Positions 12,953 through 25,100 of a stretch of 64,000 nt of DNA are shown piece after piece. The position numbers were made by a program, and so were the translations under genes. Numbering within the stretch: the stretch's first letter is position 1; each line of letters starts with the position of its first letter. The DNA lies in contig NC_092673.1 of the NCBI RefSeq assembly GCF_964355755.1, positions 31,431,648 through 31,495,647 of the forward strand. Direction: 5' to 3'. The notes beneath the pieces are model-generated. The model did no database searches. It was given only the letters and a program-made list of their open reading frames with translations, and was not told the DNA's origin. The stretch is from Antedon mediterranea (taxonomy: Eukaryota > Animalia > Echinodermata).

Positions 12953-14572
12953 CAAAGATAGTGTAGTTAGTAGGAAGATGTTACACTTCCTATTCGTTCA
13001 ATGCAAATAAAAGCGAGACAACATGGAGCTAAATTTAAAGGGCGCCTCGCACGTCGAGTAGGGATACGGAAAGTTATTGTATAGGAAATAGGCTATTATA
13101 ACAGTAGAATAATAATTATGATTGTAAAATTAAGATTTAATACGAATTAACATATAAAATGTAATGTTATCTTTATAGAAAGTGCAAATGAATCATATTT
13201 ATATGTTTGGAATACAAATTTGTGTTTCAATTACCTGGAATTGTTTAGGTACCTGGAATTTATCTACCCGTATTTTATTTCTTTTATTTTAATGTTTTTA
13301 TTTGCAAATCAATTGAACTTTTTAAAATTATTTACATTTAATTGTTTATCATTGGACATAGATAGAAAATTTAATACCTAGCTTTAGAAACACTTCTTCA
13401 TCAGAGTGAATAAATATATTAGGAGCCTAGTGGTAAATAGGCCTACAATGTGTATGCCTATATAATAATCCATTACGTATGGTTTATTTCTAAGGGTAAT
13501 AAAAGAGAATAGGTAGTATGGCATGTAATCAATAATCAATCAATCAATCAATATTTATTATAATCAATAATATTATACAAATAGTCGATCTGCATAAACT
13601 GAATACGGTACCAGCCGGGCTCGAACATTATAGGAATTTAGGACGAGTATGTTTTTTTACTGAAAAAAAAAACAATTATTGTTTAATTATCTATTAATTT
13701 TAATAATACTGTAACCAATTATTATATTATGCTTGTAACACTCCGAACTTTCGTGCATTCATCGTAATTGTATATGCCCTGATTATGTAACGCCTAACAT
13801 TATTGATAATATTAATTATAAGCCAATGAGTTCATTATTGGTAAGGTTATATCAAGGAAAAAATATCCGCGGGGAGGCCTACTTTACCCCCTTTCATTAT
13901 ACAGTACTACCCTTACAAAAAATGTTCTATCTATAGAAGTTTTAGAATTCTATGTTAATCTATAGAAACAGATAATTTCTATAGAAACGAATTTACAGAT
14001 TCTACCCCTAGAGTTTTATAGAAATTGCAGAAGAATTGCTATAATTTATTCATAAATCATATATTGTTTGTCAACAACAATACTGTATAATTAGCATTAT
14101 GACTTCAGACTTAACTGGGGTTTACCAAGATAGGTACCGTATATTTCGGTGTATAAGTCGCACTTTTGACACGCAAATTTGACCTCTAAATTAAGGGTGC
14201 GTCTTATACACCGAACATAAATGCCTCACCACACAGATTATACATAGGCCTAGGCTATCGTCACCTCGTTTGCTAGGCCTGAGTAGGCTAGGCCTAGCTA
14301 CAGTAACTAACTAACGTAACGGCAACCTGCTTCTGCTTAGGCCTAGTTTTCAAGTCATTTTAGCATGATGTTATACTAAATATGATGAAAAGATTTGTTC
14401 ATTATGGCGCTCCGATAAAATTTCATTTGTAAACGTTTACGTCGTACGATTGGAATAGTATTTATTTATACAGTAGTTATACGCACGATCGCCGTACCCC
14501 AAGCGCAAGCCCTTCTTTTGGTGGCACATGGTGTACGGTATTCGACTAGTATATTCTCCAGGTGATTATAGC

Positions 14573-16248
14573 CGTATCCGGATATTCACCCCCTGGACAT
14601 TTACCCCCCGGACAACTACCCCCCGGACAACCACCACCTGGACCACTACCCCCTTAGGACAACTACCCCTTTAGGACAACTACCCCCCGGACAAATACCC
14701 CCCGGACAACTTCCCCCTTAGGACAACAACCCCCTTAGGACAACTACCCCCTGGACAACTACCCCCCGGACAATTACCCCCTAGGAACAATTACCCCCCC
14801 GGACAATTACCCCCCGGACAATTACCACCCAGAAAACTATCCCTTTAGAACACCCTAACCACCCAGACCATTCAACAACCTGACTCTGCAACTATTAATT
14901 AATAACTATATTTTAATTCGTTACTTTGACGAATTACTATTCATTATTGTAAACAAAAGTAAAAGATTGAACATAAATATAGCCTGGTGGTATAAACTGA
15001 AGATTGTCACACATGATCATAGGATAGTCGAACGTATTATATAGTACTCCATGTATTTACTGTAAAGACTGGGTTCGCTAATAATAATAATAATTTTTGC
15101 GTCAGGACAATGCTTCGATAACCACTGGTCTTAAAAGAATTAATTTTTGTCTCAAATTTGTCATATATGTATTTTTGTACACTTGAAGAATAATATCACT
15201 TTTGATATTTGACCTCAATGTTCACTCACCGAATAAACGTCGATCTTTAAATAAATTCCCCTCAAATAAACGGTGACCATGTCACTCCTATGAAACATCA
15301 TATGGAATAATCGGCGTCTATTTCCATTAGATTATACCCCCTCCCATTGAATAAACAACTTTCTTCCAATAAATGTCCACCTAAAAACCACCTAAACAAT
15401 AAACAGCCCAGGCCGTTTTTTCAATAAATACGGTACTTTAAATCTAGCACATCTAGGGTCTAGCGTGCTGTTAAACAGAATAATCGGTTAAAAACGGGTG
15501 TTTCGAAACTAGAAACCCGAGACCAGAGACCAGAGACCCGAGACCCAATACGAAAAGGGAGACCTAAATATACGAAAAGGGAGACCCACGTACGAAAAGG
15601 GAGACCCCACTATACGAAAAGGGAGACCCCACTATACGAAAAGGGAGACCCTAATATACGAAAAGGGAGACCTAAATATACGAAAAGGGAGACCAAATAT
15701 ACGAAAAGGGAGACCAAAATATACGAAATGGGAAACCTAAATATACGAAAAGGGAGACCCACTATAAGAAAAGGGAGACCCCACTATACGAAAAGAGAGA
15801 CCACACTATACGAAAAGGGAGACCCTAATATACGAAAAGGGAGACCCAAATATAGGTCTCCCTTTTCGTATTGGGTCTCGTGTCAGGTCTCTGGTCTCGG
15901 GTCTCTAGTTTCGAAACACCCGTTAAAAACAGATGATTTCATTTTTACAGAAACCGGTCCTATATATTTGTCTACTTTTGGATTGGGGGGGGGGGGGTAG
16001 TTTACCGGGGGGTAGTTGACCGGGGGGTAGTTGACCGGGGGGTAGTTATCCTAAGGGGGTAGTTGTCCTAAGGGGGTGGTTGTCCGGGGGGTAGTTGTCC
16101 GGGGGGTTGTTATCCTAAGGGGGTAGTTGTCCTAAGGGGGTAGTTGTCCGGGGGGTAGTTGTCCGGGGGGTAGTTGTCCTAAGGGGGTAGTTGTCCGGGT
16201 GGTAAACATCCGGGGGGTAACTGTCTAGGGGGTAGGTGTCCTAGAACC
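14573..16248. mobile_element. Mutator-like non-autonomous element with subterminal GGACAACTACCCC satellite arms
   Basis: 9-bp TSD GATTATAGC (14564-14572, 16249-16257), single in P1 copy 2. C-rich repeats at about 14590-14850 are mirrored by G-rich repeats at about 15985-16245. Confidence 0.8.
15496..15921. mobile_element. Mutator-like MITE with internal tandem array (about 23-bp unit, core TACGAAAAGGGAGACC)
   Basis: TIR GGGTGTTTCGAAACTAGA / TCTAGTTTCGAAACACCC; 9-bp TSD GTTAAAAAC (15487-15495, 15922-15930). Confidence 0.85.
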
Positions 16249-16682
16249 GATTATAGCATGGACCTAGCGTACACACTTATCGGATACATAGATACTAATC
16301 GAATACGATTGTCCGTGAAAACATGCGCCCTCTCGAAATGATCGAGCGAGGCTAGCCCACACACGTGCGTGTTACACACACGGTCATGCACTCGATGTTG
16401 CGGCGAAACTCATGAATAACAAGTTAGAAAGAACTTGTTGAGGCTGGGCGCGGCCGAGCCTAGGTAAGAAAAAACCTAAATAAAGGACGCCGTTGTAGAT
16501 ATAACAAAATATATTATTACAATAATATTGATTACAATTTAAAAAAACATTTTTTTGATGAAATATAAGGTGCGTCTTATACATCGACGATATAAAAAAT
16601 ACCGATATTTTACTCTCAGTTGGGGGTGCGTCTTATACACAGGTGCGACTTATACACCGAAATATACGGTAAGAGTTTTTAT

Positions 16683-16800
16683 GGGTACGGGTTGGTTTGG
16701 GTACGGGTTGGTTTGGGTACGGGTTGGTTTGGGTACGGGTTGGTTTGGGTACGGGTTGGTTTGGGTACGGGTTGGTTTGGGTACGAGATGACCACCATCC
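16683..16800 (+). repeat. 16-bp tandem repeat GGGTACGGGTTGGTTT (about 6.5 units), probably an orphan transposon end
   Basis: Perfect units ending in GGGTACGAGATGACCACCATCC; no matching inverted end found in window. Confidence 0.75.
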
Positions 16801-17183
16801 ATTCATGAATGCGTCTACAGGCGCGCGTAAGCCTCCTCCTGATCCTAGCTCAGTGTTTACAGTCATGTCATGACAAAACTCACTCCAAATAAATGTATCA
16901 ACAATTAAAAAGATCCAAAAACAGTATGAAAACATCATAATCATATTAATTTTTAACTTTGTATAATAAAGACAAAAAAGAAGTTTTTGTTTGTTTTTTG
17001 TGGCTTATTTTTACAATTTATTGCCGAAAACACCATTTTCATTGGGCTTTGCCATTGCGCTCCTCATGTTTCAGATTCGTCTATCCCTACTCGTCGTGAG
17101 AGGCGCCCTATCTCGAGCGGTTCTCTAATTTTTGAGCGAAGTGTAACATCTTCCTACTATACTACACTATCTTTGCTTACATG

Positions 17184-18814
17184 AACTGCCGTTTTGGCTC
17201 TGGAGTTTTTTTTTAGGGTTATTCCATTATTAAAGTGGGGGTGTGTGGTTATGAATATTGTGTGCAGGTAGTCAATAGAAATGACATTGAGAGCCCTCTT
17301 CTGTCAGTTGACTGGTTCCCGGTCGCGATTTTTTTTTTCCGTACGAGAGTTCCTCCATCGGTTCGTTTCGGACTCAATCGACTCTCTTCGGTATTCGGTA
17401 AAGTCAGCTCACTGATGCGTGACAACATAATACAATTTACATTTACAAACCACGAGCTTACTTTCACACAGGCTCTCGGTAAAATGAATCTACACTAATA
17501 CGAGTTTTGATGACATTAATTAATAAATACTAGGCCTACTTAGTAATTACATTAAGAACCCAATAGCATATTGGAGATATTTAGGTCTACGACCCAATAG
17601 TAGGTCGTATCAGATATTATTTTTTGAAGTTGAACGACCTTTTGTCACGAACGAGAGGCTCTTTTCTTATCGTTTATGGTATTGTAGCTAGCCCATGGCT
17701 AGCCTAGCCAAGCTTGTGTAAGCCTATGCAAGGTATTACTTTTGAATTTAAAATGATTATGTACAGTAGGAATTCCTATGCACAGTGTATGTTTTTTATA
17801 CCTTTTAAAATAATATTATTAAATTAATATTTATATTGTAAGGTAAGCCTAATGGAAATTTTACGTTAAAGGTGTACGTATTAATTATTCCCAATCTTGA
17901 AAAAAAGATTTCAGACTTTTAATAATAGGCAATTTTGGAGTTTTAATTAAGTTATAGGCCTACAACTAATATTATTGTTTATTATGTGTATATGTAATTT
18001 GGAAAATCATAAAAAATACATGCAAAGTAAAAACATTCAATTACGGTACTGACACGACTGCAATAGTACAAATGCATTTAATAATAACCGATTTTCCAGG
18101 AAGCTTATAATTACATGTGATACTATCATCAATTATTAAATTAACACAATATTAAACGCTTTATAAGCAAGCATGTGTTTCTATACATTACAACTTACAA
18201 GAATACATGTTACTAATACTAGGCCTATATAATGTATACAATTTTTCACTTAAAAACCTGAAGAAAATTGTAATTTTCTTGATAAAAACATCTGTTAGTG
18301 TTACTTCTGTACATATAATTTCTAACCTACTACAGTACTTCATTTTTTTAAATAAAAAATAGTACTGTCGATGGAAATGTACTACATTGAAGCACACGTA
18401 CGTAGGGCTAGGCTAGCTAGGCCTTGCTTGTGACGACCAACAAAGTGCTGCTGCTGTGTGTGTGTTACTGTTTGTGAATCTGATGGTACATACATTGGTT
18501 TGTGGCTGCCTATACAGTATTTATATTATTAAAATTCTAGGCCTATTATTATTATTACAATGACGTTCAGTACTACTATTAATATTTATTATTATATTTA
18601 CAGTGAGTATAGTATTAGGCCTCTAGTATGTATAAATCTGTCACTCGTGCAAAAAAGCTGCTCACGTTTTGTCTTGTGGTTGCTGTCACGCATCAGTGAG
18701 CATCGGTGGCTTACCGAAGAGTCGATTGAGTCCGAAACGAACCGATGGAGGAACTCTCGTACGGAAAAAAAAATCGTTTCCCGGTCTACCGCCGCCGGAG
18801 CCAAAACGGCAGTT
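17184..18814. mobile_element. Unclassified non-autonomous TIR element (1.63 kb)
   Basis: TIR AACTGCCGTTTTGGCTC(T/C)GG; subterminal IR about 17325-17425 vs 18685-18777; no TSD seen. Confidence 0.65.
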
Positions 18815-19140
18815 GATCTAGGCCTAACCTATCACCTACTACTACTAGGCTAGGCCTTAGGCCTAGTAGTACCAACAAAATACAGCAGCAGAGAAGAGCT
18901 AGACAAGATGTGTGTGTCCTCGTCCAAAAGGAATTCCTGCTCTTAGCAAATTAAAACAGTTTTAAATTACTTCAAATGACCATACTTTTTAAAGCAAAAG
19001 TATACTGCTATTAATCCAATAATAATCTTTAAAAAATAAAAGGAATTATTTTACTGTTACATTTTGTTTAAAAAATGTATTAAAATTTATTTAATTATTT
19101 TAAATATTGATCTTTTATTTCATCCAGATTAAAATCCAAG

Positions 19141-22100
19141 ATGGCAGCACGCATGGGATGGAAATGTGGATCACATCATCTTCAAAACTTTACTGCTAGA
19201 TCTTCTTACTGTTTGATGAATGTGACTGCCTATGATTTTTGCTTGTTATTTCATATTCGTAGTAGCCATAGAAATGTATCCAGTACAATTAAACCTAAAA
19301 CCCGTTCTAAATTTGGGTCGGGTATTGCAAGCCCCGTCACGGTTATTTCCGATTCCGAAAACACAAAAACAAATGAAGGAAGTAAGTACATTAGTTACGA
19401 TGAACTCCGTGATATATGAGGTGATATAGACGTAATTGTGTAATTAAGTCAAAAATAAGACAAATGGCATGTAACTACTGGCAAACGAGATGAATATTTA
19501 TCGAAGTGGTTAGGATTCCGGCAGTGCAGAATGAACGCAATTTATTGGTCAATTGAAAATCGCTTATGCATGCACATTTTTATAACATCATGTACACAGT
19601 TCAACACCAAAATTTTCGACTGGTTGGATGGCTTAGTGGTGTGGTACTGCAGCTAGGGGTCTAGAGGTTTTGCTGGTCATTGTAGGTTCAATTCTCGATC
19701 AATTTTTAAAATTTTTTTTTAATTCAAAAAATTGTATTTTATTGACCATCGTCTTTATTCATCTTCATCTTTACCCACCATTGCCTAGAGGGATGTTTTT
19801 TTTTTAGTTTTAGGTTTTAGTTCTCAGTGGAAAGTTTCTGTCGGAATCTGTTACAATGGGCAGTTGAGTTCCGGTGCCGGAATCCTAACCACGGCGAATA
19901 TTTATTTGGTAAGCGTCCATTTGTGTCAACTGCACGTGCGACGTATGAAAGGCCAAAAGTGCCAAAAGTATAATGTTAAAATAATGATACATCCTTTCTA
20001 TTATATGTTTTTTTAGTTAAAGTCTTAAAACATTATTAAAGTTAAAGAACACTAACAAGTTAACAATTGTAAAAACAAAACTGAATGCCTAATCAACCTC
20101 TAATTAACACAATGTTAAAAAGCAAAAGCACCATCACCTTGTATTACCTCATATGACCGATCATCTAGTCTTTGTGAGACTCTTGCCTTTTCCCATATCT
20201 TGTTTTGTCTGAAAGGCTTCATCCTGACCACGTCAACCCTCTTTTAAATCTGGCAATTTCTTAGTATGTTTGTCAAAATATTGTGCTTGACGTTTCTGGT
20301 TACGTGCAAGTTTTGCATCGTCATCATGGCTGGTATGTTGCGCTAACAGTAGTGATTTAGTAGTAGGAAGAATAGTTTTTGTTCTCCTCAGAAAGAAACG
20401 CTGAGCAGGACTGCTTTCGAGCCCTTGACTAGGGGTGTTGCGAATGTTCAATAATGCAACAAAGTGCTCCTGATTGGAACGGCCGCACCTTTATAACAAC
20501 TTTTTTGCAGCTTTAACAGCTGACTCTACCTTGCCATTAGCCTTGCTATTACAGTAGAACCTCCATTTTACGTACGGTACGGGACCGAAAGGCGTACGTA
20601 AAACAAAGGATTCGTAAAATCAAGGTTGACCTTAAATTGACCCCAAATACGTAGAGACCGTAGCTATAAAGGCTACCCTGTTTGTCTACTTTACTGAACA
20701 GCATGCAGGTTGTCACTAGCTAGGCCTTGCCTAGACTATTCAGGCCAGGCTAGCAGGCCTAGCAAGATGTGAGGCCTAAGAAAAGTACAATACTGTACAG
20801 TATATACAGGCTGTGAGATGTTTAAATAAAGTGTAAAATATCAATGTTCTTTTATTTTTTATCAATAAAAACAGGCGCTGCTTAAATGCACGTGCGTAGC
20901 TTGTCTCAAACACACAGCAGAATTCCTCACACACACACACAGCCACAGCTTTGTTGTGCTTTGTTGTTGTTAAATTGCGCCCTCAATGTAAGAAAATGAT
21001 GACGTCATCGGTTATTTTAAGCGTACGTAAAATCAAGGGAACATAAAATCAGGGTACGTAAAACACAGGTTCTACTGTATATGGTGAGGTTGTTAAGTGG
21101 TTTATACCATATTTGGAGCAGAAATCATTGAACTCTACAGATGCTAACTGTGGCCCATTATCACTTACAATACTGTCTGGTAACCCATATCTTCCAAAAT
21201 GAACCTTGAGTTTATTTATGATTGATTGGGTTGTGGTAACTAAAATATGGTACAATTGTGGGGTCTAAGTCACATTTGCGCTCTGGCCAGCCTTGTAATA
21301 TTAACCGTTACAGAGCATGAAAAGATTTATCATCATTTGTGTGTTGTTTTAGTTCAATCAGTTGGTCGTCTGGTAGATCTATAGGCCTAGTAATAAAATT
21401 TATAACATCAAATTCGTCTTGTGTGCCAGTATGTGGCTGGCAAGAATGAGCGACTTAATACGTCGGCAAGAACATTACTTTTACCCTTTATGTAATGTAC
21501 ATCAATGTTATATCCCAATGCTCTTAGGAGCATGCCTTGGAGGCGCTTAGGAACTTTGTCAAGAGGCTTATTTACAATACATTCAAGAGGCTTATGATCA
21601 GTTAAAACTTTAACTGGCCTAGCAAAAGTGAACTGATTCCACTTTTCCAAAGCATTGACGATGGCTAACATTTCTTTCTCAATGACTGAGTATCGGACTT
21701 CAGCCTCTGTGAGCCCTAGGCTTGTCCATGCAATGGGTCTACCTTCTTGAACCATGACCGCACCTATGCCATTGGCACTTGCATCAGATTGAATGATTAA
21801 TTCTTTATTGGGGTCATAGTATGCCAACACTGGGGCTTCAGTTATCAGTTTCTTAATATTAGAAAAAGCTTTGTCATGGACAGCATCCCATACCCAGACA
21901 GAATCTTTACGGGTAAGATTATTTAGAGGTGTCATGATATTGGCCAAGCTAGGTAAATATCTAGATAAATAATTTACCATACCACGAAGTCGATCAATGT
22001 CATCTTTACATTTAGGTTTAGGCATGTTGTGAATTGCATCAACTTTGCCTTGGTCGATCTTCAAACCAGTATTTGTTATTACATGACCAAGAAAGCTAAC

Positions 22101-25100
22101 TTCATTAATCTTGAATTTACACTTATCTTTGTTTAAAGCCCCATTCCCTACGTTTTTTAGATCTAATTTAAGATCACAAACTATATTTAATGTAAAAATA
22201 ATACTATATGGTCCTATTGCGATAACTTTTTTCGTCTTTAAACGGTTAAAAATGTGAAAAATAAATCGATTTTAATAATTATAGCGGCCCGCTATAAATC
22301 CCAAAATGCATTGCGCGCGGATTGATATTTTTGTTTTTCACCTGTAATTCGCCCACTTTTCGATCGATCGTGAAGCAAAAACAAATGGAAGACTCCTAAC
22401 TTTTCAGCGAAAATACCGGGTGTTCCCCAATTTGTATCAACGGAGTCTGGCAAAAATAGAAAGACAATTAATGCAGCAACTATACAACGTCAGGCTAGGT
22501 ATATAGCTAGCGTACGATGTTCGTACGTTACCGATGTTTACCAGCTAGGCCTACAAAACTAAGCCTAGCTAGGCTAGGCCTGAGACCGTCCACGAGAGTT
22601 CGATCGCCGCGAGCTACTTAGGTAGTGCATTGTTTCTCACTTTTTATCATAATTTACCATAAAACGTACATTTAAGACAAGGAATGACATGGTTTAATGT
22701 TTTTAAAGTGATATATATGTATTATTTTCCAAAAAACGTCCAAAATTGCAGGGAAGGGGTCTTTAAGATGATGCCTATATCCTGGCATCTTTCAAGAAAT
22801 CTACGTAAAATTACATCATGACTTTTGTCATCATTAGCCCAAATAATGATATCATCAGCTATACATTCTACATTGTCTAAACCTTCAAGGGCTTGTTTAA
22901 GGCGTTTCTGAAAAATTTCACTTGACGGTTTTAATCCATACGGAAGGCAACGCCATTTATATCTACCCCAAGGTGTAGCCATAGTACAGGTAGTTAGTAT
23001 ACTTGAGTCATCATTAAGTTTACAATGCAAATATCCCTCTTTAAGATCACATGTAGAGAAGACCTTAGCATGAGATAACAGGTAATATGTCATCTAACAC
23101 AGGCAAAGGATAGTGTTCCCTCATAAGGTTATCATTTTAGTAAACGCGGGTCAAGACAGATCCTAATCTTACCAGACTTTTTCTGGGCAACAGACATTTG
23201 GTTAACCCATTCGGTAGGCTCACTAATCTTTGCAATGATGCCACGGGATTCCATGTCATCAAGCTCTGCCTTCACTGAACATTTGATTGCTTCTGGAAGT
23301 GTTCTCGCTGGTCTGATCACAGGTCTAGCACCTTCTGAAATGGCTAATTTAACTGGTTCACCTGGTAGGCAACCAACTCTTTCAGAATCAAACACCTGAG
23401 GAAACTCGGTGAAGATGTTGTTATCAGTGTTTACTTTCAACACGTGTGCAACATCCATTGAATTGTAATTAACAGTTATCAGTCCCATTTTTTCTGCAGC
23501 AGTTTTGTCAAGAATTGGAACAAAGGAATCATCAACAATGGTGAAATCTATCTTGTATTTTTTGTTGTTTGCAGGGTTTCTTACGATTAGTCTACATTTT
23601 CCTAGTGCAGGTTGTGTGGACTTGTTCCACATTCGCAATGTTACTTTCTCCTTGCGAATAGTATCAGTTGCTATCAGATAACGATTTGGTAGCAAATTAA
23701 CTGTAGCACCAGAATCGACCTGAAACTGCACTTTCACATTGTGTACCAACATATTACAATGTATGCTGTTATTATTTATCGAATTAACTTGAACAATACA
23801 GCTGACGGATTCAGCAGAATCAGAGTCATCTTGCGTAGTGCAATTAACATTCTTCGCACAAACTTGTGAGGATTTGAAATGGTTACGTTTGCCACATGTA
23901 GCGCACTTTTTTCCCCATGCTGGACATTTTTATTTGTCCATGAGATGAATTTTACAACAAAATTTGCACTTACATTCAACTTTCCTTTCATTATGACCAA
24001 CTTTGTTGTCATTTTTAAAAGAATGGACTTCACTACTACTGCTGAGAGAACGCATTTGAGTTGTGGCTGTTTCAATGGCTTTGCAGATCTCAATTGATTT
24101 TTGAAGGGTTAAATCATGGGTGGCCATCATTTTTTCCTGCATCTTGGGGTCACAGACACCTAGCAATATTCTGTCCATGAGCAGGAGGTCTTTCATACAG
24201 TTGCAAAACCCACAGTTTATTGTGAGAGTACGTAAAGCTGCTACATACTGAGCTATAGTTTCTCCTTGTTGTTGGTTTCGTTTATTGAACTTATAGCGTT
24301 CAAAGTATTGACGAGTTTGTCCTAAAAAATGCTGGTCAAATTTTTGCAAGATAGTATCAGAATTCTCAATCTCAGTTGAACTAAAATTCATACCGTTATA
24401 TATTTTTAGCCCTTCAGGCCCCAAAGCATGCAGTAACATCGCTTTTTGGTACTCTGTATCCTCATTAGAGATATGAGATAAGACACAATAGTTGGAATAC
24501 AATTGCTTCCATAGACGCCATTCGTCAGGACCATAATCAGCTTTGATTTTGTCTGGCGGCGATACATTGATGCGTTTCCGGCCGGGTCGTTGTACGGTTG
24601 GTTGGGTGCCAACCTGAGAGTCCCCGTCAGCAACAGGTGCATCAGGCAAAGACATTTTCTCTTAAAAAAATGTACACACAAATACGAGAATGCTCTAAGA
24701 CAATAGTACTTTAATATACTTAGGTTCGAATAACCGCTGCTACCATGTGTAATTAAGTCAAAAATAAGACAAATGACATGTAACTACTGGCAAACGAGAT
24801 GAATATTTATTTGGTAAGCTCCATTTGTGTCAACTGCACGTGCGACGTATGAAAGGCCAAAAGTGCCAAAAGTATAATGTTACAATAATGATACAGTAAT
24901 TGACTAGTTTTTAGAGTAAATCATCATTTAGTCATTTTTTAGTGTTATATACGTGTAATGTTATGCGCAATTTGAACGTTTTGCGCAATTTTATATCCTT
25001 GCGCAAATTGAAATCGAACTCAATTCAAATTGCGCAGACTTTTTTTTTGACGCTGTGGCTAAAGATATGGTACCATATCCTAACTTCCTAAAGGAACGAA

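Larger units (their letters stand above)
14137..16669. mobile_element. pogo/Tigger-like MITE family P1, copy 1, carrying nested insertions
   Basis: TIR CCGTATATTTCGGTGTATAAGTCGCAC, TA flanks. Uninterrupted inverted copy at 26301-27113. Confidence 0.9.
19437..24895 (-). mobile_element. Full-length but disabled Gypsy (Mag-like) LTR retrotransposon in DHX30 intron 1
   Basis: TG..CA LTRs of about 150 bp at 24746-24895 and 19437-19991 (interrupted); 5-bp TSD GTAAT; PBS TGGTAGCAGCGGT (24745 downward); PPT TAGAAAGGA. Gag 24655-23930 with CCHC, protease (VDSGA), RT (CIADD), RNase H (SDAS), integrase (SDNGPQ...SPY|[10 protein letters not shown]). Carries stops, frameshifts and deletions. Confidence 0.95.

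Noticed and set aside
15548-15850. Repeat-spacer-like array (TACGAAAAGGGAGACC with variable linkers) as CRISPR
   Set aside because: Linkers are only about 3-8 bp and recur, the array lies inside a TIR element with a TSD, the context is eukaryotic and there are no cas genes.
16555-16944. ORFs with WVRVGLGTG or TQTNPYPNQP repeats; GGGTACGGGTTGGTTT as a telomeric repeat
   Set aside because: The ORFs are translation products of a 16-bp tandem repeat; the unit is not TTAGGG-type and the array is short and internal.
19626-19700. Functional tRNA gene (also considered for 61886-61960)
   Set aside because: A and B boxes are present but there is no consistent cloverleaf, and both are embedded in a MITE or SINE body.
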